A stretch of DNA of 64,000 bases from Gemmatimonadota bacterium (GTDB lineage Bacteria > Gemmatimonadota > Gemmatimonadetes > Gemmatimonadales > GWC2-71-9), in NCBI GenBank assembly GCA_039589275.1, contig JBDHHP010000012.1:2573-66572 (forward strand). Reading direction: 5' to 3'. A program made the position numbers and the translations under genes. Positions 27,814 through 37,768 of the stretch are shown here, one piece after another. Positions within the stretch are counted from its first letter, which is position 1. Each line of letters begins with the position of its first letter. The notes beneath the pieces were generated by a model. The model was not told the DNA's origin. It saw only the letters and a program-made list of their open reading frames with translations, and did no database searches.

Positions 27814-28737
27814 ATGAACGCAGTCGAGATCGACCGAATAACCAAGACGTTCGGGCCGGTAACCGCGGTCGACGGCCTGAGCCTGAACGTGCCGGAACGG
27901 AGTGTCTACGGCTTCATCGGTCCCAACGGATCGGGCAAGACCACTACGCTCAGGATGATCATGAACATTCTCTACCCGGACGCTGGCTCGATTCGGGTAT
28001 TGGGAGACCAACTCCGCGGTGCTTGCACCGACCGGATCGGCTATATGCCGGAGGAGCGAGGGCTCTACAAGAAGATGAAGGTGCGAGACATACTCGAGTT
28101 CTACGGAGGTCTCAAAAACGGTGTCGACGTGCGGGCAGAAGTCGATTGCTGGCTCGAGCGGCTCGACCTGTCGGATTGGGCCGGTAAAAAGGTTGAGGCG
28201 CTCAGCAAGGGAATGAGCCAGAAAGTGCAGTTCATTGCCACCGTCGTGTCGCGGCCGGAGTTGGTGATTCTGGATGAGCCGTTTACCGGTCTCGACCCGG
28301 TCAACACGGACGTGATCAGAGACGCGATGCTGGAACTGCGCGAAAGAGGAACCACGGTGATCCTCAGCACTCATGACATGAGCACAGCGGAACGAATGTG
28401 CGATTTCATATTCATGATCTTTAAGGGCAAGAAGGTGTTGGATGGGACGCTCGCGGCAATCCAGGACAGCTATGGTAATGACACCATGAGGATCAGGACC
28501 GAGAACCGAGCCGAGGCGCTACATGGTATAGCCGGAGTCGAGAAGGTCACCGACTTCGGTCAGGTACAAGAACTGAGAATCGGACGCACTGAGGATCCTC
28601 AGGCGATTGTGGCTGAGATAATGCGGCGAACTCGGGTGCGCAGCTTCGAAATCAGTAAGCCGTCGCTGCACGACATCTTCGTGCGAATCGCCGGCCCCGA
28701 TGCGGAGCGGGAGGACGAAGATGCGCAAGGCGTTTAG
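27814..28737 (+). CDS. ABC transporter ATP-binding protein (ABC-2/NatA-like with C-terminal accessory domain)
   Basis: Walker A GPNGSGKTT, signature LSKGMSQK, Walker B LVILDEP. Confidence 0.92.
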   Translation: MNAVEIDRITKTFGPVTAVDGLSLNVPERSVYGFIGPNGSGKTTTLRMIMNILYPDAGSIRVLGDQLRGACTDRIGYMPEERGLYKKMKVRDILEFYGGLKNGVDVRAEVDCWLERLDLSDWAGKKVEALSKGMSQKVQFIATVVSRPELVILDEPFTGLDPVNTDVIRDAMLELRERGTTVILSTHDMSTAERMCDFIFMIFKGKKVLDGTLAAIQDSYGNDTMRIRTENRAEALHGIAGVEKVTDFGQVQELRIGRTEDPQAIVAEIMRRTRVRSFEISKPSLHDIFVRIAGPDAEREDEDAQGV

Positions 28738-30034
28738 GATCGCTCAACGGGAGTACAGGGCCACGGTGAAGACCAAAGGATTCATCATAGGTTTGGTGTT
28801 GGCCCCGGTGGTCATGGGCGGCAGCGGCATAGCCATGGCCCTGCTCGAAGATCGAGTCGATCACGAGGACAAGATGATCGCTGTGGTCGATCGATCGGGT
28901 TTGCTGGCAGAGTCCCTGGTGCGCGCAGCAGCCGTTAGGACAGAGAGAGACGTATACGATGCGGAATCTGGGGAGCAACTGAGGGCCGCGTACGGGATTC
29001 AAGTAGTCCAACCGGCAAGGGACTACGACGTGCAGTTGCTGGGGCTCTCGGACCGTGTCCAGAGCGGTGATCTGCACGCGATAGTGGAGATCAGTGAAGG
29101 GGTGCTGCACCCTCGGCGGGATGGTGCGGCTGCGCGAATAGGATACTATGCGCAGAATCCTGCGATGGATGACGTCCGCAATTGGGTTGGGAGGCAGCTG
29201 AACGATGAACTTCGACGCCTGAGGCTAGACCACGCCGGCGTGGACCAGAGTGCGCTGCCGGACCTGTTCGATTGGATCCAGCCAGAGCCGCTGCGGCCCG
29301 TGTCCATTGACCCCGAAACGGGTGCGATCGGTGATGCAGAGCGCAGCAGTGAGCTGGAGGCGTTGCTCATTCCCATCATTCCAACCGTGTTGATGTTCTT
29401 GATGCTCATGATGGGTGCAGTTCCGCAGCTGCAAGCGGTGACCGAAGAAAAGGCGCAGCGGATTGCCGAGGTGATGCTCGGCTCGGTACGGCCGTTCGAG
29501 TTCATGTTGGGCAAGCTGATGGGCGGGGTCGGTGTCTCGCTCACAGCAGCAACTGTGTATGTGGTGGGAGGCGTGGCTGCAATCCGGTTCATGGAGTTGG
29601 GGCAGTACATCCCCTATCACGTGCTCCCGTGGTTCTTCGTCTACGTAGTGGCGGCAGTGTTCATGGTCGGAGCCCTCCAGGCGGCGTTGGGTTCTGCGTG
29701 CAACGATGCGTCGGAGGCACAGTCGGTGGCGTTCGTCGCGATGTTGCCGCTGATGATCCCCATGTTTGTGTTGGTGCCCATAGCCGTCCAGCCTGAAAGC
29801 GGATTCGCAACGGGAATGTCGTTGTTCCCGCTGTTCACGCCGTTCCTCATGTTGTTGCGGCAAGCGGGACCGGCGGGAGTCGCCCCGTGGCAACCCTGGG
29901 TAGGCTTAGTCGGTATGGCGGCGTTCACTGCGCTGCTCGTCTGGGTTGGCGGGAGGATCTTCAGAGTGGGAATCATGATGCAGGGTACCCCACCCAGACT
30001 GGGCAACATTCTGCGCTGGGCAATCCGCGGTTGA
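28721..30034 (+). CDS. ABC-2 family permease (NatB-like) with a large extracytoplasmic loop after TM1
   Basis: ATG 28721 follows GGGAGGACGAAG, with a 17-nt overlap onto the ATPase gene. One N-terminal TM helix, a ~170-aa loop, then 5 C-terminal TM helices. Confidence 0.85.
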   Translation: MRKAFRIAQREYRATVKTKGFIIGLVLAPVVMGGSGIAMALLEDRVDHEDKMIAVVDRSGLLAESLVRAAAVRTERDVYDAESGEQLRAAYGIQVVQPARDYDVQLLGLSDRVQSGDLHAIVEISEGVLHPRRDGAAARIGYYAQNPAMDDVRNWVGRQLNDELRRLRLDHAGVDQSALPDLFDWIQPEPLRPVSIDPETGAIGDAERSSELEALLIPIIPTVLMFLMLMMGAVPQLQAVTEEKAQRIAEVMLGSVRPFEFMLGKLMGGVGVSLTAATVYVVGGVAAIRFMELGQYIPYHVLPWFFVYVVAAVFMVGALQAALGSACNDASEAQSVAFVAMLPLMIPMFVLVPIAVQPESGFATGMSLFPLFTPFLMLLRQAGPAGVAPWQPWVGLVGMAAFTALLVWVGGRIFRVGIMMQGTPPRLGNILRWAIRG

Positions 30035-30373
30035 ACCCACATTGGATGATGCAAATGTGACCGTGTCCGCACTAGTCATCGGTCCGCGCCGGTGCCGAGT
30101 GGCAAGCAGTAGTGATTGTACCAACGACGTTTCTGCCTGAAACCACTCCGGGACACTCGCCGTAGTATCTCTCAACCTGGTTCTTCAATCCCACCCTCCC
30201 AAGATATGAGGAGGCTGGAGTCCTGGCGCATGTCTCTCGACAACGCTGGCGTGGATTCGGCAAATTGCTGCTCAGCGTCCCGGCACACCGGAGCTTAAGG
30301 TGTGTATCACCGAGACGAGACTAACCGAACCAGCGAGTTTCCCGACATCAGGGACCGCAGCCGTCGCGGCCAC

Positions 30374-33019
30374 ATGGCTGCGCGCAGGTGTCAGCGCGTG
30401 ATTGACCTACACCAGCGATTGAGGTCGACGCTGTCCGACCGCTATGTCATCGAGCGCGAGCTTGGCAGCGGTGGCATGGCCGTTGTCTATCTCGCCCAGG
30501 ATCTCAAGCACCATCGTCAGGTGGCTATCAAGGTCTTGCGGCCAGAGGTGGCCGGGGTGATCGGCGCAGCGAGATTCCTGCGCGAGATCCAGATTGCTGC
30601 GCAACTGACCCACCCGCGGGTTGTTCCCCTGTATGACTCTGGTCGGGTCGATGGACTGCTGTACTATGTGATGCCCTTCATTGATGGGGAGTCGCTGCGC
30701 AGTCGATTGAACGGGGACGGGCCACTTCCGCTGGAGGAGGCGCTCGACATCACTCTGGCCGTTGCAGCGGCGCTTTCGAAAGCACACGAACACAACATCA
30801 TTCATCGCGACATCAAGCCGGAGAACATCCTGTTCTCCGGCGGAGAAGTTGTAGTGGCTGACTTCGGCATTGCCCGCGCAATCAGTGCCGCTGGCGGCGA
30901 AGCGGTGAGTCAGTCCGACATACCCATCGGCACGGTTGGGTACATGAGTCCCGAGCAGGCGATGGGAAGCCGGGATCTGGATGGCCGGACCGATCTCTAC
31001 AGTCTGGCCTGTGTGCTCTATGAGATGGTGGTGGGCAAGCCGCCGGGTCTCTGGTTCGATGAGATCAGGGCCGAGGTGATCGGAGCGGGACGGAAACCGG
31101 AGTGGCAGCGGACACTAGAGGGGAGACTCCCTGAGACCGAGACAGCGGCGCTCGTGAAGGCGCTGTCGCTCTACCCCTGGGACAGGCATGAGACGGTGGA
31201 TCAGTTCGCACTTGCCCTGAAGGCGGGTGTGAGGCAGTCAGGTGTTGGGCCGGCCGTGAGCCGGCAGAGTCGCAGGTTCTCCACCGGTGTGCTGGCGGGA
31301 GCGGCGATGGCGGTGCTGCTCATCGGTGGCGGATTGGGGATGTGGATCAAGGGAGCCGACGCCGCCGCAAGCGAGCAACCGAGGGTAGCGGTGATGTCGT
31401 TTTCTGACAGGAGCCAGGCGGCCGATCAGTACCTGGCGGACGGAGTGGCGCAGGCCATTCGCAATCGGCTTGCAGGGCTGTCGGGCCTCTCGGTCATCGC
31501 CTTCTACGGATCCGACGAGTATCAGGTAACAGGAAAGACCATCTCAGACATAGGTGAAGAACTCGGTGCGGAATTCTTGTTGAGGGGTACCGTCCAGCAG
31601 GGAATTCGACCGGATGGGATTGATGTCGTGCGTGTTAACTCGGAGTTGGTCCGGGTCAGGAACGCGACACTCCTCTGGGCTGACTCGTACGAGGTACCCC
31701 TGTCCGGAATACTCAAACTGCAGGCGAGCATCGCCGAAGAAATTGCCCAGGCGTTGGACGTTGCCGTCTTGGGACCGGAACGCCAGATGCTTGCAGCGGT
31801 TCCGACGGATAGTCCGAGTGCGTGGGCGCGCTATGTCCAGGGAGCGCACTTCTATCAACGTAGCTCGATGCTGGACGACAACAGGCGGGCTCTCGCTCTC
31901 TTCGAGCAAGCCGTGGGAATCGACTCCACGTTTGCGCTGGCTTGGGCCTTTATCGCGACCGCGCACGCCGCGGTCTATGCCACGGGCGGGGCCACGCCGG
32001 TACATCTCGAGCTGGCTCAGGAGGCCGCAGACCGGGCCTTGAGCCTGGAGCCGGGTCTTCCTGCTGGCGTTCTGGCCCAGGTGATGATCCACTTCGCGCG
32101 ACGAGAGTTCGAAGCGGCCCGCGACCTGGCCGTCGAGGCGCTCCAAGGCAGGCCCAACGACTACGACATGCTCTACATATTGGCGCATAATCAGTTGAGG
32201 CTGGGGAACTGGGGAGAGTCGATCGCCGCGTTCAGCGCGGCAGCAGAGCTGAACCCGCGCCGCCGCCCACCAGTGGTGATGCTGGCTCAAGCTCACCTTC
32301 GCTTGGGGGACCACGACAAGGCCGAACGACTTCTAGACCAAGCGGTCCGGCTCGGTCCTGACATGGCAGATGCGTGGGCCCACAAGGCCTGGCTTGCGCT
32401 GATTCGCGAGGGAGACGTTGCGGCTGCCGAGCAAATACTGCGCGAAGCTGCCAATCTTTGTAGCCTGACGGACGTGATCCGGCAGCTATTGTTGCTTGAG
32501 CCGGTCCAGCCGATGATGGCCCTGGTCGACGGCGAGATCCGTGGCGCTCTGTTCGAGCTGCCGCGCAACGTAATCGGCGCAGTGCCTGAGTCGTACTACT
32601 TATCGCGCGCCGTTGCTCATGAGGCAATCGGCCAGCGGCAGGCGGCGCTTGCCTACTACGATTCGCTGCGGGTGATCGCTGAAGAGCACTTGGAGTCTGA
32701 ACCGGACTATGCGTTATGGCACGGACTGCGTGGCAGGGCGCTTGCGGGTCTGGGGCAAATGGAGGCGGCCGTCGCGGAAGGCGTTGTGGCTGCAGAGCTC
32801 AGCAGCTTGGCGCAAGACGCCTGGGACGGGACCGACGTACTTGGTCTACTGGCTCAGATCTACGTATATGCGGGTGATTACGAGGCGGCGGTTGACCGGT
32901 TAGAGACGCTGGTCAGGGTACCGTCCCGGTATTCAAATCAGTGGCTCCGGCTACATCCGAGTTGGGCACCCCTGAGGGACCACCCTCGTTTCCAACGATT
33001 GGTGGGCGGTGGGCGATAA
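30374..33019 (+). CDS. Ser/Thr protein kinase with TM helix, periplasmic TolB-N/CsgG-like module and TPR repeats
   Basis: Hanks motifs GSGGMAVVY, AIKVL, HRDIKPENIL, DFGIA, GTVGYMSPE. TM helix GVLAGAAMAVLLIGGGLGMWI. The C-terminal half is TPR-like. Confidence 0.9.
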   Translation: MAARRCQRVIDLHQRLRSTLSDRYVIERELGSGGMAVVYLAQDLKHHRQVAIKVLRPEVAGVIGAARFLREIQIAAQLTHPRVVPLYDSGRVDGLLYYVMPFIDGESLRSRLNGDGPLPLEEALDITLAVAAALSKAHEHNIIHRDIKPENILFSGGEVVVADFGIARAISAAGGEAVSQSDIPIGTVGYMSPEQAMGSRDLDGRTDLYSLACVLYEMVVGKPPGLWFDEIRAEVIGAGRKPEWQRTLEGRLPETETAALVKALSLYPWDRHETVDQFALALKAGVRQSGVGPAVSRQSRRFSTGVLAGAAMAVLLIGGGLGMWIKGADAAASEQPRVAVMSFSDRSQAADQYLADGVAQAIRNRLAGLSGLSVIAFYGSDEYQVTGKTISDIGEELGAEFLLRGTVQQGIRPDGIDVVRVNSELVRVRNATLLWADSYEVPLSGILKLQASIAEEIAQALDVAVLGPERQMLAAVPTDSPSAWARYVQGAHFYQRSSMLDDNRRALALFEQAVGIDSTFALAWAFIATAHAAVYATGGATPVHLELAQEAADRALSLEPGLPAGVLAQVMIHFARREFEAARDLAVEALQGRPNDYDMLYILAHNQLRLGNWGESIAAFSAAAELNPRRRPPVVMLAQAHLRLGDHDKAERLLDQAVRLGPDMADAWAHKAWLALIREGDVAAAEQILREAANLCSLTDVIRQLLLLEPVQPMMALVDGEIRGALFELPRNVIGAVPESYYLSRAVAHEAIGQRQAALAYYDSLRVIAEEHLESEPDYALWHGLRGRALAGLGQMEAAVAEGVVAAELSSLAQDAWDGTDVLGLLAQIYVYAGDYEAAVDRLETLVRVPSRYSNQWLRLHPSWAPLRDHPRFQRLVGGGR

Positions 33020-33050
33020 GACGTAGTCCTGCGGCACCCTGTGGGCGGCG

Positions 33051-33440
33051 TCAGTTGTCCGTGATCTTGATCTTGCCCTGAACCAGGTCCTTGTCGAGCG
33101 CCACATCCACGAGGTTGGCCATCCGCTTCGCCTCGGCGGCCGCCACCGCACGGCCAAACGGGGTCAACTTGTAGTAGCGACGCCGCTGATCGTCCAACTC
33201 GGGCGCAGGTCGCTTGTCCGATTCCGCGATCAAGCCGGATTCGAGTAGTCTCTGCGCCGCCAGATAGAGCGGTCCGGTTGCTGTCGTCATGCGCCCTTTG
33301 GTTCGGCGCTCGATTTCCTTCATGATCCCGTAGCCGTGTCGCTCGCTGTCGACCAGAGCCAGCAGGATCTGGAAGGAAAGCGGAGTCAGCGGCAACAGCG
33401 CCTCAACTTCGCGTGCGGTAAACTTGGTCTTGTCCGCCAT
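33051..33440 (-). CDS. PadR-family transcriptional regulator
   Basis: Motif: LSFQILLALVDSERHGYGIMKEIERRTKGRMTTATGPLYLAAQRLLESGLI. Start at ATG 33440 (GTG 33446 is also possible). Confidence 0.88.
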   Translation of the reverse strand: MADKTKFTAREVEALLPLTPLSFQILLALVDSERHGYGIMKEIERRTKGRMTTATGPLYLAAQRLLESGLIAESDKRPAPELDDQRRRYYKLTPFGRAVAAAEAKRMANLVDVALDKDLVQGKIKITDN

Positions 33441-33465
33441 AAGCACCTTTGTTGTCTAGCGGTCG

Positions 33466-33615
33466 TATATATATAGCTAACACTGACCGCCGGCTCAATC
33501 AAACCCAAGGTTGCTATCTCATTGCCCCGTAGTGGCTTGCGGGACAAGGATGTCAAGACGATGAGCTTCCCAATATTCCATATACTATATATACATATTA
33601 CAACTATCTAATTGC
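33466..33615. promoter_or_regulatory. AT-rich divergent intergenic region with alternating TA tracts (probable promoters/operators)
   Basis: (TA)5 at 33466-33475 lies 26-35 nt upstream of the padR ATG. A second tract, CAATATTCCATATACTATATATACATATTACAACTATCTAATT, is at about 33571-33613. Confidence 0.3.
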
Positions 33616-33765
33616 AGTCCCCTTTTGCTGTCATTGGATCAGCAAGGCGCGTGCGCAGCCACAGGCTTCAACCTGGGCCGGTCTCTGACCCGGTGTCATA
33701 TTGCGACAACGGAGGGTCGTGTTAGCGATGGGATGAAGGGCGACCACTGCAGCCTCGGAGGCAAC

Positions 33766-33972
33766 ATGAACGAAGAGAACTTCAATCTCTCCCTGAGGAA
33801 GTTCCTCAAGACCTTTGGAATTGCCGCGCAGCGGGAAATCGAGAAAGCAGTAGATGAAGCCCAACGCAGCGGTGATTTGAAGGGGGCCAAAGTGCTGCGG
33901 GCGCGCGCCAAACTGGAAATCGATGGGTTGCCGCTCGACAAGGTGGTCGAGGGTGACATCGAGCTAGAGTAG
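33766..33972 (+). CDS. Small conserved hypothetical protein (68 aa; DUF6494-like, family assignment from memory only)
   Basis: SD GGAGG lies 5 nt upstream of ATG 33766. Sequence begins MNEENFNLSLRKFLKTFGIAAQREIEKAV... Confidence 0.55.
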   Translation: MNEENFNLSLRKFLKTFGIAAQREIEKAVDEAQRSGDLKGAKVLRARAKLEIDGLPLDKVVEGDIELE

Positions 33973-33975
33973 GCG

Positions 33976-34323
33976 GTGGCCTCAGCATCGACCTACAATC
34001 GCATCTACTCTGTGGTTAGGCGCATTCCCAGGGGGCGGGTCGCCACTTATGGACAAGTGGCGCAGCTTGCCGGCGCGCCGGGTCATGCGCGCCAGGTCGG
34101 CTACGCGCTGCATGCTTTGTCGGAAGGGACCAGCCTGCCGTGGCATCGGGTGATCAACGCTCGAGGTCAGGTGAGCCTCCGTTCCGGTGAGGACGAACAC
34201 CACGTTCAGCGCTGCCTGCTCGAGGCGGAAGGCGTTGAGTTTGATCGAACCGACAGAGTCCTGCTTACGAAATACCGCTGGAAGCCGCGCGGATTGGTTC
34301 GCGCAGTTGATCGAGAGCCCTAG
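33976..34323 (+). CDS. Alkyltransferase-like (ATL/MGMT-family, non-catalytic) DNA-binding protein
   Basis: Motifs IPRGRVATYGQVA and PWHRV in place of the catalytic PCHRV. GTG start at 33976. Confidence 0.82.
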   Translation: MASASTYNRIYSVVRRIPRGRVATYGQVAQLAGAPGHARQVGYALHALSEGTSLPWHRVINARGQVSLRSGEDEHHVQRCLLEAEGVEFDRTDRVLLTKYRWKPRGLVRAVDREP

Positions 34324-34493
34324 GAAGGCCACTAACCGGGGTCTTCGAGGACACCGCACACACTCCGAGGTTAGATTAGAGGTCACCAGATGTGTCAAAG
34401 GGGCGACCATGCGTAACAGGTATCAGGTACCAGCAGCGCCCAGAATTCTCCCTAAGAACGCTCGCCCGGGGATCTTTGCTCCACCCAACCGAG

Positions 34494-34519
34494 CTCGCTA
34501 GGCGCTAGGCGCCAGCGAG
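34494..34519 (+). terminator. GC-rich hairpin between the ATL gene and lat (terminator or leader structure)
   Basis: CTCGCT-A-GGCGC-TAG-GCGCC-AGCGAG: 11 paired positions with one bulged A, followed by TCGTCTCGTT. Confidence 0.3.
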
Positions 34520-34615
34520 TCGTCTCGTTCGCTCCCGGGGACTCAATGTCTCTGTACGCGGTTGCCCGGCCAATGCGAGCGTCGGTCCCATGACCACAAA
34601 GAGGTGGAGGTTGAC

Positions 34616-35920
34616 ATGCCCCGCATAGATGTGCCCGCTGACCGGGTCCTCCCAATTCTCGAGGACAACATCCTGGTCGACGGCTTTCATATAGTCATCG
34701 ATCTCGAGAAATCACACGGTTCATACATGGTCGATGCTCGAGACGGGAAGGAGTACCTCGACTGTTATTGTTACTTCGCGTCCCTTCCGATCGGTCACAA
34801 TCATCCGAAAATGCGAGATGAGCAGTTCCTGCACTCCCTCGCGGTAGCGGCGCTGTCCAATCCGGCCAACGCTGATGTTTACAGCCGCGAGTATGCTGGA
34901 TTCGTTGACACGTTCCGCCGAATCGCGGTACCGGAAGAGTTCCCCTATCTGTTCTTTGTTGCAGGTGGCGCCCTGGCCGTGGCGAACGCGATGAAGGCGG
35001 CGTTCGACTGGAAGGTTCAGCTGAACCGCTCCAGGGGAATTGCGAGCGGGGGAGACAAGATCCTACACTTCCGCGAGGCCTTTCATGGCCGCAGCGGGTA
35101 CACCCTCTCGGTCACGAATACTGAGCCTACCAAGGTGCGCGATTTCCCGAAGTTCAACTGGCCCCGGATCTCCAATCCGAAGATCCACTTCCCGATGGAC
35201 GAAGCCGCGGTGGTGGTCGCTGAGCAACAGTCTGTACGTGAAATCGAGGAGGCGTTCGGCGCAGATCCGCACGGAATCGCAGCGATACTGATCGAGCCAA
35301 TCCAAGGCGAGGGAGGTGACAACCACTTCAGGCCTGAGTTCTTCAGGGAACTGAGACGACTCGCTGACGAGCACGATGCATTGTTGATCTACGACGAAGT
35401 ACAGACCGGAGTGGGCGCCACCGGAACGATGTGGGCTTATCAGCAGCTGGATGCGACGCCGGACATCATCGCATTCGGGAAGAAGACCCAGGTCTGTGGC
35501 ATCATGAGCAGCAAGCGGATCGATTCCGTGCCGGACAACGTGTTCCACGTGTCATCGCGCATCAATTCGACCTGGGGCGGCAACTTGGTTGACATGGTTC
35601 GGTCTGCGCGATACCTGCAGATAATTGAGGAAGAGAACCTGGTCGACAACGCGGCCAAGGTCGGTGCCTCATTCAAGCAGGGCCTACACCAGCTGAGCTC
35701 CGCGTTGCCGCAGGTCACCAACGTCAGAGGCCGTGGCCTGATGATCGCATTCGACCTGCCCGACGGCGATACGAGAGGCCAGGTATGGCAGGGCTGCTGG
35801 GACAGTGGTTTGGCTGTCCTGATCTGCGGTCCGCGATCGATCAGGTTCCGCCCTTCTCTGGCGTTCAAGCAGGAGGAGGTCGACTTGGCCCTGGGGATCT
35901 TGCGCCAGGTTCTGGCCTAG
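34616..35920 (+). CDS. lat: L-lysine 6-transaminase (class-III aminotransferase)
   Basis: GGAGG lies upstream of ATG 34616. Motifs: ILVDGFHIVIDLEKSHGSYMVDARDGKEYLDCYCYFASLPIGHNHPKM and IYDEVQTGVGATG. Confidence 0.85.
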   Translation: MPRIDVPADRVLPILEDNILVDGFHIVIDLEKSHGSYMVDARDGKEYLDCYCYFASLPIGHNHPKMRDEQFLHSLAVAALSNPANADVYSREYAGFVDTFRRIAVPEEFPYLFFVAGGALAVANAMKAAFDWKVQLNRSRGIASGGDKILHFREAFHGRSGYTLSVTNTEPTKVRDFPKFNWPRISNPKIHFPMDEAAVVVAEQQSVREIEEAFGADPHGIAAILIEPIQGEGGDNHFRPEFFRELRRLADEHDALLIYDEVQTGVGATGTMWAYQQLDATPDIIAFGKKTQVCGIMSSKRIDSVPDNVFHVSSRINSTWGGNLVDMVRSARYLQIIEEENLVDNAAKVGASFKQGLHQLSSALPQVTNVRGRGLMIAFDLPDGDTRGQVWQGCWDSGLAVLICGPRSIRFRPSLAFKQEEVDLALGILRQVLA

Positions 35921-36176
35921 AGTCTCACTCTCCTGGAGGATTCCTGCCCACCTCGGCGGGTACTCACACCCGATGCAGGATGGGAACGTCGCCTTATTGC
36001 TGGCGTAAAGGCTATCTTCACATATTCTTCACGGACTGCCAGTGATCTTCTAGACGTTGGTCTTCGACCTCGCTTTTTGCGGTACGGGACCTTGCCCTAC
36101 AGGGCGCCGTGTGGGCCTGGCGCTGTGGTCAATTGGGAATCGTGGGTGGGGCGTGTTCGAGAAAGGAGTACGATTT

Positions 36177-37673
36177 ATGAGGTTTGAGCGGAAGCTGCTC
36201 TGGAGCATCACGGCCCTGGCAGTGGTCGGAGTGGTGGGAGCGTGTGACGACGAAGATGATGATGGATTTATCGTCGAGCCGGAGGACGATCCGCCCACCA
36301 TTCAGTTGGCTGCCCCGAATGGAGGCGAAGCCATCCAGCCGGGTGCCGATGTCGAGATCTCTTGGACCGCGAGCGACGACAACCAGGTCGTCGGTGTGGA
36401 TCTCTACTACGTCGTTGGGGGAAACGAGGCCGCCATTGCGACGGACGTTACCGGCTCCAGCTATACGTGGACTGTTCCGAACACGAACGTCTTCGGTGTC
36501 ACTGTCAAGGCCGTTGCTTCGGACGATGCGGCACAGACCGGCGAAGATGCTAGTGATGCGGTATTTGCTATCATTGGACACTCGATGCGGGGCTACGTGG
36601 GGAGTCAGACCTGTCGCAACTGCCACGTGGAATACCACAATGACATGCTGGCCTCGGGTCATCCCTACAAGCTGAACAAGGTAGTGAATGGGCAGCCACC
36701 CACCTATCCGAGCAGCTCGGTTCCCACACCTCCACCAGGAGCTTCGCGCGACGCGTGGAGCGACGTCGCGTATGTCATTGGGGGATACGGTTGGAAAGCA
36801 CGCTTCATCACGGCCGATTCCGGCTGGATAATGACCGACGCGATGGACTTAGTGAACGTGCAGTACAACCTACCGCGCGCCGACATCGGAGGTGGGCTCG
36901 CTGCCGAGTGGGTTTCGTACCACTCGACCGACACGGAACGCAAACCCTATGACTGCGGTAGTTGCCATACGACGGGTTGGCAGAGTTTCGCAGATAACGG
37001 TGGGGTGAATCAGGATGGTCTCGCAGGCATTCTTGGCACTTGGGAGGAGACGGGCATTACATGTGAGGAGTGTCACGAACCTGGTGCGGATCACGTGGCC
37101 AGCCAATCTGCGTCTGACATGACTGTTGACAACAGCTCCGCGCTGTGTGGTAGTTGCCATATACGCGGTGATGCAGCGACGATCCCCGCCAGTGGCGGCT
37201 TCATCCGCCACCACGAGCAATACAATGAACTGTTGGCCGGAGCGCACACAGGTGGCAGCATGGATGTCGGATGCAACGATTGCCACGATCCGCACGTTGG
37301 TGTGTTGTATGGCAACGACGTAGCGGGCGGCATAGTGGCTACGTGCGAGAGCTGCCATCCGGATCAGGTGGCGAACAACAGCCACAACAATCTGCCGACC
37401 TGCATCGACTGCCACATGCCGAGGGCAACCAAATCGGCAAGGGCGAATCACAGATTTGAGGGTGACGTTCGCACGCACCTGTTCGCCATAAGCACCGACA
37501 CCACGGCGAACATGTTTAATGCGGATACAACGTTCGTCGATAAAGGGTACGTGACCCTCGATTTCGCATGTTACTCATGCCACACCGATCCGGTTACCCT
37601 GGAGGGCGGCGGGTTCACCGAGCAGAGCTTGACGGCATTGGCGACCGAGGCCGACGGCATCCACACTCCCTGA
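36177..37673 (+). CDS. Octahaem c-type cytochrome lipoprotein with N-terminal acidic linker and Ig-like domain
   Basis: AAAGGAG lies upstream of ATG 36177. Lipobox VVGAC. Eight CxxCH motifs (CRNCH, CGSCH, CEECH, CGSCH, CNDCH, CESCH, CIDCH, CYSCH). Confidence 0.9.
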   Translation: MRFERKLLWSITALAVVGVVGACDDEDDDGFIVEPEDDPPTIQLAAPNGGEAIQPGADVEISWTASDDNQVVGVDLYYVVGGNEAAIATDVTGSSYTWTVPNTNVFGVTVKAVASDDAAQTGEDASDAVFAIIGHSMRGYVGSQTCRNCHVEYHNDMLASGHPYKLNKVVNGQPPTYPSSSVPTPPPGASRDAWSDVAYVIGGYGWKARFITADSGWIMTDAMDLVNVQYNLPRADIGGGLAAEWVSYHSTDTERKPYDCGSCHTTGWQSFADNGGVNQDGLAGILGTWEETGITCEECHEPGADHVASQSASDMTVDNSSALCGSCHIRGDAATIPASGGFIRHHEQYNELLAGAHTGGSMDVGCNDCHDPHVGVLYGNDVAGGIVATCESCHPDQVANNSHNNLPTCIDCHMPRATKSARANHRFEGDVRTHLFAISTDTTANMFNADTTFVDKGYVTLDFACYSCHTDPVTLEGGGFTEQSLTALATEADGIHTP

Positions 37674-37717
37674 ACCAGGATCCAGGTTCTTGCCGGCGTC
37701 GATGGTGTTCCATAACC

Positions 37718-37750
37718 AGGGCGACCCTCACTTGGGGTCGCCCTCCTATT
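37718..37750 (+). terminator. Rho-independent-type hairpin after the octahaem gene
   Basis: AGGGCGACCC (37718-37727) pairs with GGGTCGCCCT (37735-37744), 7-nt loop, followed by CCTATTT. Confidence 0.5.
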
Positions 37751-37768
37751 TCACGTACGAATGATCCC

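Noticed and set aside
34380-34560. Lysine riboswitch (L-box) upstream of lat
   Set aside because: A few short strings (AGAGGT, GTCAAAGGGG) recall L-box segments. I could not assemble the multi-helix junction by eye, and a catabolic gene would need an ON switch. This needs an Infernal scan before any claim.
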